The position numbers were made by a program, and so were the translations under genes. From positions 11,805,529 through 11,869,528 of the forward strand of contig NC_069003.1 of NCBI RefSeq assembly GCF_001194135.2: a stretch of DNA of 64,000 bases, read 5' to 3'. Under the pieces are notes generated by a model. That model was not told where the DNA came from. It did not search any database and saw nothing but the letters and a program-made list of their open reading frames with translations. This DNA is from Octopus bimaculoides. Taxonomy: Eukaryota. Below, piece after piece: positions 1 to 11,312 of the stretch. Each line of letters begins with the position of its first letter. Position 1 is the stretch's first letter.

Positions 1-67
1 TATTAATTATTATTATTAATCATTGTTATTATTATTTAATTATTATTATTATCATTATTATTATAAA

Positions 68-108
<41 letters not shown>

Positions 109-451
109 GATTATTTATTATTATTATTATTAATTATTGTGAATCATTTAGTATTATTGTTATTATTATTTAATTATTATTATTATTCTTATTATTAAAG
201 CGGCAAGCTTAATAAATAATAATAATAATACTTAATAATAATAAATAATAAATAGTAATAATAATAATAAATAACAATATTATTTTTTTATTTATTTATT
301 ATTATTATTTATTATTATTACCATTTATTATTTATTATTATCATTATTATGATTTATTATTATCATTATTACTATTTATTATTTATTTTTATAACTATAT
401 ATCATTTATTAATAATTATTATTATTAATAATTATTATTATTATTAATAAT

Positions 452-483
<32 letters not shown>

Positions 484-525
484 TATTTATTTATTATTAT
501 TATTGTTATTATTATTATTATCATC
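1..525. repeat. Degenerate (ATT)n/(AAT)n microsatellite field
   Basis: Seen directly; polarity switches around 200-280. Confidence 0.95.
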
Positions 526-532
526 ATCACGA

Positions 533-720
533 AAGTGGCGAGCTGGCAGAATCGGTAGCACGCCGGGCGAAATGCTTAGAGGTATTTCGTCTGTTTTTAC
601 GTTCTGAGTTCAAATTCCTCAGAGTCATCCTTCGGGGTCGATAAATTAAGTACCGGTGATACACTGTGGTCAATCTAATGGACTTGCTTTCTCTTCCGAA
701 CTTGTTGGCTTGTACCAAAA
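533..720 (+). mobile_element. SINE family B in an (ATT)n field
   Basis: GGCGAGCTGGCAGAATCG(G/T)TAGCACGCCGGGCGAAATGCTTAG...CTGAGTTCAAATTCC...CCTTCGGGGTCGATAAA. Confidence 0.75.
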
Positions 721-852
721 TTCGAAACTAATGTAGATGTTGGTTGGCTGGTTGATTGACTGTTTGGTTGGCTCGTTGGTTGGTTGGTTGTCTTCTTCAT
801 TCACGCTTGACATCGTATAGTGAGAAGCGAAGCGTAAAAAAAATAGACAGAT

Positions 853-915
<63 letters not shown>

Positions 916-1789
916 NNNNNNNNNNNNNNNNNNNNNNNNNNNNNNNNNNNNNNNNNNNNNNNNNNNNNNNNNNNNNNNNNNNNNNNNNNNNNNNNNNNNN
1001 NNNNNNNNNNNNNNNNNNNNNNNNNNNNNNNNNNNNNNNNNNNNNNNNNNNNNNNNNNNNNNNNNNNNNNNNNNNNNNNNNNNNNNNNNNNNNNNNNNNN
1101 NNNNNNNNNNNNNNNNNNNNNNNNNNNNNNNNNNNNNNNNNNNNNNNNNNNNNNNNNNNNNNNNNNNNNNNNNNNNNNNNNNNNNNNNNNNNNNNNNNNN
1201 NNNNNNNNNNNNNNNNNNNNNNNNNNNNNNNNNNNNNNNNNNNNNNNNNNNNNNNNNNNNNNNNNNNNNNNNNNNNNNNNNNNNNNNNNNNNNNNNNNNN
1301 NNNNNNNNNNNNNNNNNNNNNNNNNNNNNNNNNNNNNNNNNNNNNNNNNNNNNNNNNNNNNNNNNNNNNNNNNNNNNNNNNNNNNNNNNNNNNNNNNNNN
1401 NNNNNNNNNNNNNNNNNNNNNNNNNNNNNNNNNNNNNNNNNNNNNNNNNNNNNNNNNNNNNNNNNNNNNNNNNNNNNNNNNNNNNNNNNNNNNNNNNNNN
1501 NNNNNNNNNNNNNNNNNNNNNNNNNNNNNNNNNNNNNNNNNNNNNNNNNNNNNNNNNNNNNNNNNNNNNNNNNNNNNNNNNNNNNNNNNNNNNNNNNNNN
1601 NNNNNNNNNNNNNNNNNNNNNNNNNNNNNNNNNNNNNNNNNNNNNNNNNNNNNNNNNNNNNNNNNNNNNNNNNNNNNNNNNNNNNCTAAAAACACATTTA
1701 AAAGTGTCAAAACTATAAAATCCGTTGACTTCGATTGAATTGAATAGCTCAAGTTGACTCGAATTAACAGAAGATAAATGTATCGGAAA

Positions 1790-1845
1790 TTAATTAGTTC
1801 GATAATGACTTCCAAAGTTAATTAGTCCGATAATGACTTCCAAAG
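1790..1845. repeat. 28-bp tandem duplication
   Basis: TTAATTAGT(T/C)CGATAATGACTTCCAAAG twice. Confidence 0.9.
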
Positions 1846-1939
1846 TTAACTTCGAAGTTTATTCGTTAACGAAAATGTTAACTTTGTAGTGTAAAGTCGG
1901 GTGAAATTCCCATCTCCCTTTATTATATATACATGTATT

Positions 1940-2160
1940 CGAACGTAGCAGGGAACAGCTAACCTTTTTCCCGCTATTTGGATCCCGTTGTGTCCACTTC
2001 TCTGATTGGTTGGTATTGACGCAATTTGTCTCCTACTCGATTGCGCCAATTTGCCGCGTATAACCATTCGAAGGCTCTAAATACGATCACGTAGGACAGT
2101 CTGTTTACCACCCTGTTTTGAGCCTACTACTCCTTTTTTATTTGCTTTCACTTTAAGGTA
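1940..2160 (+). promoter_or_regulatory. Candidate promoter and first non-coding exon
   Basis: CpG-retaining non-repeat DNA with CCAAT boxes (ATTGG near 2005, CCAAT at 2046), TTGACGCAAT, an imperfect X-box-like GTAGCAGGGAAC near 1945, and a donor-like AAG|GTAATA at 2157/2158. Confidence 0.3.
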
Positions 2161-3329
2161 ATATATATTTTTTCTTTTGAATACTAATATTCATTTCATT
2201 ATTTTGTATAAGTACCAAAACGTTTGATAAAAAATAAATTGTTATTATTGTATGCATGCCATATTTCTTGATATTACCTATTTGTGGCAAAAGTATGCTT
2301 TCAAAGTTACTCGTCATATTGCAGGGTAAAAAAACAGTTATGCCTATATACTTTCCAGAAACAGGATATTTTGACAATCAAACAATGTCTGTGTAGACAA
2401 CAGTCTTCGTGAATCTAACATTTTTTATTATTGGAACGCCTGCGATATCTTGATGCTGTTATAAGGATTTGAATCACAATTTTGAAATTATTAGTTTACG
2501 ATAATGAGTAAGTCACAACAGTTTCACGTGATTGATCTAAAAATCGACAAATCAGCTTCAAGCTGTGGCGTAGACGACTTCTCGAATGTTCTAGAGATTC
2601 GTACCCTTTTTCCCTGGTTAAACAGTTTGCCATCTAAGTCACGGCAGACCGTAGTTAACCTTCAAGCAAGACACATCACAGTTCTCTTTTCCAAGCATGA
2701 ACAATGTGCGGTGGTTTTTGTATCTGTATTGTTTTATCTTCCAGGTAGCTAATTTCTAAGCCAACACAGTAAATCTATTCCTTCTTACTATTCTGATAAC
2801 CAGTGAATCTAATAATTTGTGTATTTATATGCACAGTTTTCTGTCAGTAAAATATGGTTGAACGTTCGCAAGTTTGCTTTATGTTACTACATTCAGCCAG
2901 CCTGATCTTTCATTCGACTAAAGGAATACAACATCATTCTTTCTCTTGACCAACGAAGCGACGATGGTCTTCAGCATACACAAAAATACTCAGAACCAGC
3001 GACAGTGTAATAAATTGATTTTGATCAGGAACAAAAATCTTTAGGTGTAATGGAGCCTCCACCGAACTCTTCTAGAAGCAACATGCATCTGACCAAGAGT
3101 AAAAGCTATTAAAGGGAGATTAATGCCATCGCGTTTTAATAAACTTTGCCCTTGACTTTAGTTTATGGACATGGCAGATCTGATTGTGAATTAACGCCAT
3201 CTTAAAAAGGGAAGAGCAAATCTGCGGCGGACGGTTAAAGGTTGATAAGGAAACGTTTGGTTTGGAAACATGTTTCTAAATCCCTTAACATTTACGGATC
3301 TTGATGGATTAACAAACATTATTTCTGTC

Positions 3330-4243
3330 CAAACTATTAGAGTCGATATAATGACCTAGGAATTCCAGAGAGGTCTGTCCAAAAACACATTTATCGGGGT
3401 TGATTCACACATTGTAGGTGCGAAGACGCTGAAAAAGTTGAGATAAGTGTTGGAGGTGATTTTTACGCGTGTCGCTAGCTATGAGCATATAGGAAAGTTG
3501 GTTATACATCATTAGATGTATACCTGACTTTCCTATATAAAATTAAGAATATAACGGAACGCTGAACTCCGGACTATCAACTTAAACAACATTTATTCAG
3601 GTGGTAAATATATACATCTTTAGCTCTTGTTGACAGTTGTTACAGCTTCTGTGTGTGTGAGTATATTTGTTTGGACGTTGTTATGTAGATGTAAGCGAGC
3701 TGTCGAGTGTAAGTCCGAAAGATGGAGAGTGACAGCTAAACACGTAAAGAGACTGTCTCCAGGTTGGAATGTTGGAGACACTGCTTGACACGTCCATGCT
3801 CTATTGCTGGCCAGCAAGAAAGAGAATGAATTGAGCGGGAACGCTTGGTTGTTGAATTGCACGCATGCGTGAGACTACGCATGCGCACAGCGTTACTACA
3901 AGCAAATCATCGACGTAAGCGAACACACAGTCAAGTCCACGGGCAACTTCGTCAATAAACCTCTGGAATGTACTCGTTACATTCTGAAAACCGAAGCTCA
4001 TAAAACAGGAACTCGAAATTTCCAAAAAAGGGTGGTAACGGCAGTTTTTGGAATGTCGTCAGGGTTCATCGGAATTTGATGATAAGCCCGGATGAGGTCA
4101 ACCTTGGAAAAAATAGTACAACCATGCAAGTTTGAAGAAAAATCCCGGAGATTCCTTATCGGATAGCGATCGGGAACAGTAACCGCATTCAAACGTCTGT
4201 TATCTCCCACCGGGCGAAAATCTGAATCCCCTTTCCGTGCCAA
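3330..4243 (-). mobile_element. Degenerate Ty3/Gypsy reverse transcriptase (CsRn1/Kabuki-like), split by a solo LTR
   Basis: Reads RPVGDNRRLNAVTVPDRYP...FSKVDLIRAYHQIP...KTAVTT, then (frameshift) FGFQN...FQRFIDEV...AYVDDLL, then [insert], then IASDTRKNHLQHLSQLFQRL...INPDKCVFG...LEFLGH. Confidence 0.92.
3488..3900 (-). mobile_element. Solo LTR (413 bp) with a 4-bp target-site duplication
   Basis: AGCA at 3484-3487 and 3901-3904. Termini TGTAG...CTATA (imperfect TG..CA). AATAAA on - at 3597-3592. Removing the insert restores the RT frame YVDDLLIAS. Confidence 0.85.
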
Positions 4244-5090
4244 ATGCAGAGGAGATGTCTACGAAATCCACTCGTAAGGCTTTGGTCGGCCCGAGGCGAT
4301 AGTAGAAGACACTTGCCCAAGGTGCCACGCAGTGGGACTGAACCCGGAACCATGTGGACATCGTATGGTAATTGTAAAATGATTGTCACTGTCATACGAG
4401 AGGATGCTGAAAAGTNNNNNNNNNNNNNNNNNNNNNNNNNNNNNNNNNNNNNNNNNNNNNNNNNNNNNNNNNNNNNNNNNNNNNNNNNNNNNNNNNNNNN
4501 NNNNNNNNNNNNNNNNNNNNNNNNNNNNNNNNNNNNCCTTCAGTTTTTGTAAGCCCTGTAAAAGAAATCGGAAGGTTGAGTTTCCAACCAGGCCTTTCAC
4601 GACCTCTTAAAGCCAGGAACGTTTCAGTGGCCCCTCGTACAAGCAATGTCATTTATTTCCAGCATTCTGTGCAAACACGTCTGGCCATAAGGAAATATAA
4701 CCTTCCTTGGAAACGGGTGCGGCTTGGCGACAGAAAGGACATCCGCCGTAAAAAAAAATCTGCCTCAATAAACTCCGTCTGACCCATATAATCATGGAAA
4801 AGTGGGCGCTAAAACGAAGATGATGATAATGGTGGTGACGATGATGTCATCCGTATTGTGACATAATAAATCTGCTGTAATAATCGTAACGTCGTATTCA
4901 TGTGTATGTTACTGTCTTTTCGTTTCGTTTCTTTCCTTTGTCATAGTATAAACTGTACTCATACTTTAGCGCGCGCGTGTGTATATATGTATGTATATAT
5001 ATGTGTGTGTATATATGTATATGTATATATAGAGAGAGAGATGCATGTGTATATGTATATATATACAGAGAGAAGGTGTGTGTGTGTGTG

Positions 5091-5140
<50 letters not shown>

Positions 5141-5198
5141 TGTGTATGTATATAATCTTAGGAACAATAATCTAGCAAGTTTGGGAAAACGTTTTCAA

Positions 5199-8100
5199 AT
5201 GTCTATCTCTACAGCAACATTAAAATATTTGTCCGGGGTTAACGCGGATATTTTTACGAATGTCTTTTATTTCGATGAGCAGACAATCCTTTATTCGTGC
5301 GGTTGTCACTGTGTTTTATATAACATCGAAGAAAAGACAATGAAGTTATTCAAAACCTCACAGAAAGGGTCTGAAATAACTGCTATTGCTATAACTACTA
5401 AACGCAATTATACGGCCATTGCTTTGAAATGCGACACACCAACGGTAAACATTTTTGAATTGTACACATCACGGAAAAAGAAGTCGTTAGTTTACCCAGA
5501 ATTACATTCTTCCAAGATCATAAGTTTGTGTTTCTCGTCCGATTCTCGTTATCTCATCGCCCTATGTGATGACCTATTAGGAACATTGCTTTACTGGGCG
5601 TGGGAAAAATCGAAATTGCTTATATCAACCAATGTCACGATATCAGATGTGCCGGAGGTGCTTTATCATGTTACTTTTAACCCTCAAGATAATCTCCAAT
5701 TGTATGTGTTTGGCAAAGGACATCTAAAATCGTTCCGCGTCGCGGAAGGCACTGTGAATCATTTTAATTTCCCCAAAATCGAAAGTCAAGATTTCAGATG
5801 CTATTGCTGGGATAAGAACTATCGTCTTTTGGTGGGTACAAACACCGCCCGAGTGTTGTTTATCGAAGGTACGGATTTAGTAATTGATTTTAAGATATAT
5901 CAATATTTGGGTACTTCTGACGAATCTGTAATGAGCCACGGAGTAACAGCAATCACCACTTACTCTAAAGGATTTATTACAGCGTGTGGTACGAAATGTG
6001 TACAGTTTTTTGGAAGAATTGAAGATAAGGATACTTACGAGTTTGTCAGGAATGTTTGGTTGCCGTCAGATGTTTTGGAAAGTTGCCAGCTATGCAAACA
6101 AATTATAAAGTGGATGGTGGTGAATCCATCGGAGGACGTTCTCGTTATAATCACCGATATGAAACAATTGTATTCTACGGGCATTGTTGAGCCTGAAATG
6201 AAATGTATGAGTCAAGCGAGTGAGTTTGATGTCTTAGTTCAACCTTTCCATTTTAAACCTATCACTGGATGTTGTGTTTGTTCGTGGAAACCTTTCATTG
6301 CAACCAGCTCTCTGGACGGTTCTATAAAACTCTGGAACTACGAAACATTTAGCTTAGAATTTTCTAAAGACTTTTCAGAAGAAGTCTACAGCATATCTAT
6401 GCACCCAATGGGATTATTTCTTCTGGCAGGCTTCAACGACAAATTACGATTCATGCATATCCTTATGGATGATTTGAAATCGTTTCAAGAATTCAATATC
6501 CGTATGTGTACACATTGCAACTTCAGCCGAGGTGGTCAGATGTTCGCAGCGGTCAACAACAACTTTATACAGGTATACTCATCGATTACTTTCGAAATGG
6601 TGGCTAACCTGAAAGGTCACAACGACAAAGTTCAAACTACCGCCTGGTTTATGGATGATAATCACCTTATTTCATGCGGTTTGGATGGAGCAGTTTATGA
6701 CTGGGAATTAAAAACCGGGAAGCGAATCGGTCAGTGCGTCTTGAAATCCTGTGCCTATAACGATGTTGTTATTAATCCCGTGAACAAGAATGTTTATGCC
6801 GTCGGCTCGGATAATTCTTTGAAAGAAATCCACGAGTCGGATATATTGCGAACGTTTCCAACGAGTGGCGTTGTTTTCACATCAATTGCTCTGTCATCTT
6901 CCAATACTCGGTTATTTGTAGGAACTAATAATGGTTATATAAAAGCCATCGAGTATCCTCCAACGCTAAGTGGAAAATTGTTTGATTATCCTTGTCATAG
7001 TCTCGAGGTTACACACCTGGTTTTTACGACTGATGATCGATATTTGATATCAGTATCGAAAGATGCTACGATCGCACTTTGGAAGGTCAACGAATCTGAA
7101 AGTTGGTCTTCGAAGCGGAAAGCCATTTACTGTGAAGAGATTTTAATACCAATATCTGGTTTGGAAGAAAAAAACTGTTTACTTGCAGAACTGAATTCTC
7201 GCGTGGACGAACTTGTTATGGAAAACAAATTCCAAATGCACTTCAAGGATATGCACTATAACGATAACATAAAAGAGACGACCGAGATATTTATTCAGGA
7301 AATAGAGGAGTTGAAAGCTAAAAACGAAATTTTACAGAAGGATAAAAACGCACAAGAATCGAAGCACTGTCAAGAATTATTAGATGTAAGCTCAAAGAAC
7401 TACAATGAATTGCAGAAGATGGAGTTTGTCAGCGATAAGAAGCTAATACAGGAATACGAGAAGTATTCCTATCTTTACAACAACGTAGTGAAACAAGAAG
7501 AGAGTCACAAGAAACGGATACGAGAACTGCAAGAAAAACAAGAACGTATAAGAGAAAATATGACTCAGCAATACGAAAATAAGATTAAGATTTTGAAAAA
7601 TAGACTTGACCGATGTCATGAAGAGCTTTTTCTGAAACAGAAAGAACACGAAGAAGTGACAAAACAAGCAGAAAAGGATGCTGATATGGAAATCGATTTC
7701 ACAGTACGAAATTACAAACAACAGTTGGTTGACGAGCAAAAATCCAATTCTAAAATAAAAGACGAAAATAATATTTTGAAGAAGAAGCTCTTATCTTTCC
7801 CCAAAGAACTAAAAGAAAGCAAAGAAGAGTGCAAGAAGTACAAGGCGGAGATAAAGAGACTGAACATTATTATATATTGTCTGGATAAAGATATAGAACA
7901 TTTGCAATCGGAGCTGCGTACCCAAGATGAGGGACTTCAGGACGAAGAGAAATACTTCTATGAATCGAAATTGAAAAACCACGCACTCGAGATGCTGAAA
8001 TGTGAACTAGAATATAAAAAGATTATCGATCTGAGACAGCATATTGAACAGAGGGAGACAGAAATCTGTGACATGAAAGAGCAAATCAAAGCTATGCAAA

Positions 8101-8570
8101 GGGAGCTGGAAAATTTCACTCATCAGTTTATCATTATGGACCGCGCAACAGCAGACACGAAACAGAAACTAGCGGCCACTTCTCAAGAATTGGACAAAGA
8201 ACGTACAGAGCTGCACAAAAAAACAGCTTTGTTAGACAGGTTCCTCGCCGACCTTATTGATTGCACATCTTTCATACAAGATCCGCTGAGACTGAAGAGC
8301 AGCGTCAAATTGCTTTATCAAAAATACATTGACAAGAATGTCGGTAAGATCGCCGCTACAGATCCCAACATACAGATAGAATGGGGTAAACAGCGGAACC
8401 ATTTCGAATACAGCATACATACACTAAAGAGTGACTTGAATAACACCGTGAGAATGGCTTCACTGGAAAACGAGGTCCTGGTAAACGAATGCAGTAAAAT
8501 GGGAGATGCATTAAAGTGGGAGAGAGAGAAAAGCCGTCGATATCTGAATTTAGTAGAACGAACTCAATGA
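5199..8570 (+). CDS. CFAP57: Cilia- and flagella-associated protein 57 (WDR65)-like; single exon, 1123 aa from the Met at 5199; probable retrogene
   Basis: Uninterrupted 3.4-kb ORF. N-terminal WD40 repeats and a C-terminal coiled coil. Motifs match CFAP57 as I recall it: NVFYFDEQ, FNPQDN, KPFIATSSLDGSIKLWNYET, GFNDKLRFMHILMDD, FSRGGQMFAAVN, LKGHNDKV, DGAVYDW, CVLKSCAY, AVGSDNSLKEI. The ORF-track start at 5142 lies in a microsatellite; the Met at 5199 aligns with the family N-terminus. Confidence 0.93.
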   Translation: MSISTATLKYLSGVNADIFTNVFYFDEQTILYSCGCHCVLYNIEEKTMKLFKTSQKGSEITAIAITTKRNYTAIALKCDTPTVNIFELYTSRKKKSLVYPELHSSKIISLCFSSDSRYLIALCDDLLGTLLYWAWEKSKLLISTNVTISDVPEVLYHVTFNPQDNLQLYVFGKGHLKSFRVAEGTVNHFNFPKIESQDFRCYCWDKNYRLLVGTNTARVLFIEGTDLVIDFKIYQYLGTSDESVMSHGVTAITTYSKGFITACGTKCVQFFGRIEDKDTYEFVRNVWLPSDVLESCQLCKQIIKWMVVNPSEDVLVIITDMKQLYSTGIVEPEMKCMSQASEFDVLVQPFHFKPITGCCVCSWKPFIATSSLDGSIKLWNYETFSLEFSKDFSEEVYSISMHPMGLFLLAGFNDKLRFMHILMDDLKSFQEFNIRMCTHCNFSRGGQMFAAVNNNFIQVYSSITFEMVANLKGHNDKVQTTAWFMDDNHLISCGLDGAVYDWELKTGKRIGQCVLKSCAYNDVVINPVNKNVYAVGSDNSLKEIHESDILRTFPTSGVVFTSIALSSSNTRLFVGTNNGYIKAIEYPPTLSGKLFDYPCHSLEVTHLVFTTDDRYLISVSKDATIALWKVNESESWSSKRKAIYCEEILIPISGLEEKNCLLAELNSRVDELVMENKFQMHFKDMHYNDNIKETTEIFIQEIEELKAKNEILQKDKNAQESKHCQELLDVSSKNYNELQKMEFVSDKKLIQEYEKYSYLYNNVVKQEESHKKRIRELQEKQERIRENMTQQYENKIKILKNRLDRCHEELFLKQKEHEEVTKQAEKDADMEIDFTVRNYKQQLVDEQKSNSKIKDENNILKKKLLSFPKELKESKEECKKYKAEIKRLNIIIYCLDKDIEHLQSELRTQDEGLQDEEKYFYESKLKNHALEMLKCELEYKKIIDLRQHIEQRETEICDMKEQIKAMQRELENFTHQFIIMDRATADTKQKLAATSQELDKERTELHKKTALLDRFLADLIDCTSFIQDPLRLKSSVKLLYQKYIDKNVGKIAATDPNIQIEWGKQRNHFEYSIHTLKSDLNNTVRMASLENEVLVNECSKMGDALKWEREKSRRYLNLVERTQ

Positions 8571-9040
8571 AACAAAAAAATGAAAATAGATCTACTTTGT
8601 TGATCTTGGGATTTTTATCATTTGAGCGAAACAAAATGAATTATATGTTGTAACTTGCCCGTTTTTAATGTGAGTGATAAAAACTGTGTTCTGAAGTGAG
8701 AATTTTGTTGTTGATTTTGTTGCTAACTTATAAAAGCCAATCTCACCGAGGTCCAATTTGTCTTTTGTCTTATCATTCACGGGTCAACGAAATAACGTAC
8801 CAGTCAAATACTGAGGTCAATGTAATCGACTACACCCTTCCTCTTAAATTCCATGTCGTCTGCCTTAGGCTAAAACAGTGTCGAGCTGTTAGATAAATTC
8901 GTTTGTTGTTGTTGTTGTTTTCTATCGGCGGCGGCGGCGGCAAGTGAGACGATATAAAAACCATCCGCCAGTTTCGACAGTGACAATTCCAGTCGAGAAA
9001 ATCCAAGATAATGAATTATAGTGTCGCACTATCGCCGATA

Positions 9041-9118
9041 TGATATCACTAACAAAGGCCAAACTGTGATATCACTAACAGAGGCCAAACTGTGATATCA
9101 CTAACAGAGGCCAAACTA
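9041..9118. repeat. 26-bp tandem repeat, three copies
   Basis: TGATATCACTAACA(A/G)AGGCCAAACT(G/A). Confidence 0.9.
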
Positions 9119-10950
9119 TGTCCTACAACATTATTACCTGACCTGTTTTAATAGGTGACACAGAAACTAAAAAAATCTTTGTTGTTATTATTGTTGCTGC
9201 TGCTCTTGTTGTTGTCAAGACATACAACAGCTATAATTAAAGAGACTTGTCAGCCCACCCCGTGGTAACGACAGACAAAACGGCTAAGGCGTTGCTCCGG
9301 AGGATGGCGAGGTCAGATGCGCTGAAACAGCCACTCCGATTTACTGGGCTCGCACTTGCGGATTACCATCTCTACCCACAAAAGCAGTGAGCAGGGACGT
9401 AGTCCGGGGTAGGGGGCGCAACAACGCTGGAGGTATCCACTGTGACAGGCTCGACCACAAACCTATCAGAGTGACTGATACTTGGACATTTTGCCTTTGT
9501 CGGCTTGGCGAGCAGCGAGGCCTGGGCTGGCAACCTAACACACAATGTTACCGCAGGAGAAGGTGTCGCAGATGAGGGGTCTACAATGGCAGGACGGAAG
9601 AACTGACATGCCTTGTAGCCTTTTTACCGTCCCCTTCTGTCCAACCTCAAGCTACGAAGAAAATCTTGCGGCGTCTGGGGCCGACTCCAGATATAGTAAC
9701 CAAGGGAAATAAATTCAAAGATTAAGATTAGAGTTACATCCCTTAGAAAAGATAGTGAAAGAGAAATGGAAGAACGTGCTACCAATATATTTCAAATTTT
9801 GGTACGAAGCCAGCAGTAATTTCGCGGGTGTGGGGTTGTGAATTACATCGNNNNNNNNNNNNNNNNNNNNNNNNNNNNNNNNNNNNNNNNNNNNNNNNNN
9901 NNNNNNNNNNNNNNNNNNNNNNNNNNNNNNNNNNNNNNNNNNNNNNNNNNNNNNNNNNNNNNNNNNNNNNNNNNNNNNNNNNNNNNNNNNNNNNNNNNNN
10001 NNNNNNNNNNNNNNNNNNNNNNNNNNNNNNNNNNNNNNNNNNNNNNNNNNNNNNNNNNNNNNNNNNNNNNNNNNNNNNNNNNNNNNNNNNNNNNNNNNNN
10101 NNNNNNNNNNNNNNNNNNNNNNNNNNNNNNNNNNNNNNNNNNNNNNNNNNNNNNNNNNNNNNNNNNNNNNNNNNNNNNNNNNNNNNNNNNNNNNNNNNNN
10201 NNNNNNNNNNNNNNNNNNNNNNNNNNNNNNNNNNNNNNNNNNNNNNNNNNNNNNNNNNNNNNNNNNNNNNNNNNNNNNNNNNNNNNNNNNNNNNNNNNNN
10301 NNNNNNNNNNNNNNNNNNNNNNNNNNNNNNNNNNNNNNNNNNNNNNNNNNNNNNNNNNNNNNNNNNNNNNNNNNNNNNNNNNNNNNNNNNNNNNNNNNNN
10401 NNNNNNNNNNNNNNNNNNNNNNNNNNNNNNNNNNNNNNNNNNNNNNNNNNNNNNNNNNNAACAATTAACCCTAACCCTAACCCTACGGTTAGGGTTAAAG
10501 CAAATTTAAAATGAAAAAAGCAAATAAAACGAAGGTATGGAGATTAAATACGCTTTACATCGCTTAATCAGCCAAAGGAGTAAATATAAACAACTGAATA
10601 CTTGTCAGTGATTGGTTGAAATTATCGAAATAAGACAATTTTTTACATGAAATAAATTCGAATACAAAAATATTTTTCTGTTCTATAACACAAAATAGAT
10701 AAGTATACGAAGTTTGAAAGTCTTTCCGTACCAAAAACACTACGTAAAACATTAATGAAAAATGTGGCCCCCGTTTTAAAATGGATCCCAATAATTGTTC
10801 TCTAGGATAAATCTTAGACTTTCTATTATGAGTTCTTTTTTGATGCGAGAGGGGAGTTCATAGGTGTAGTTGTCTAACCAGAATGATTGCCTCTATTCCT
10901 AGGGTGTGGGGGATGTTTGAATATAGATTGACCACGTCAAAGGATACTAG

Positions 10951-11082
10951 CGGTTCCAGGTTCAGACCCACTGCGTGGCACTTTGGGCAAGTGTCTGCTA
11001 CTATAGTCTCAGGCCGACCAAAGCCTCGTGAGTGGATTTGGTAGACGGAAACTGAAGGAAGCCTGTCATATATATGTATATG

Positions 11083-11115
<33 letters not shown>

Positions 11116-11312
11116 TTATGTTTGTCCCCCTAACATCGCTTGACAACCGATGCTGGTGTGTTTACGTCCCCGTAACTTAGCGGTTCGGCAAAAAAAACAA
11201 TAGAATAAGTACTAGGCTTACAAAGAATAAGTCCTGGGGTCGATTTGCTCAACTAAAGGCAGTGCTCCAGCATGGCTGCAGTCAAATGACTGAAACAAGT
11301 AAAAGAGTAACC
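10951..11312 (+). mobile_element. tRNA-derived SINE family A, with an internal (TA/TG)n tract
   Basis: GGTTCAG(A/T)CCCACTGCGTGGCAC...GGATTTGGTAGACGGAAACTGAA...GTCAAATGACTGAAACAAGTAAAAGAG; more than 15 copies in the window. Confidence 0.85.

Noticed and set aside
2697-2744. MNNVRWFLYLYCFIFQ as a signal-peptide exon
   Set aside because: The same bases read better as a polypyrimidine tract plus acceptor, and no in-phase downstream exon was found.
5142-5198. Upstream ATG extending CFAP57 to 1142 aa
   Set aside because: It lies in a (TA/TG) microsatellite, upstream of a likely splice acceptor. The Met at 5199 matches the family N-terminus.
7443-8634. Antisense ORFs over CFAP57
   Set aside because: They are shadows of the A-rich coiled-coil coding strand.
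9255-9710. GC-rich island resembling an RTE 5' UTR, checked for an HDV-like ribozyme
   Set aside because: I could not build the nested double pseudoknot by hand. An RNArobo or Infernal search would settle it.
10465-10498. Chromosome fusion scar
   Set aside because: The repeat order is the reverse of a telomere-telomere fusion and there are only about four units.
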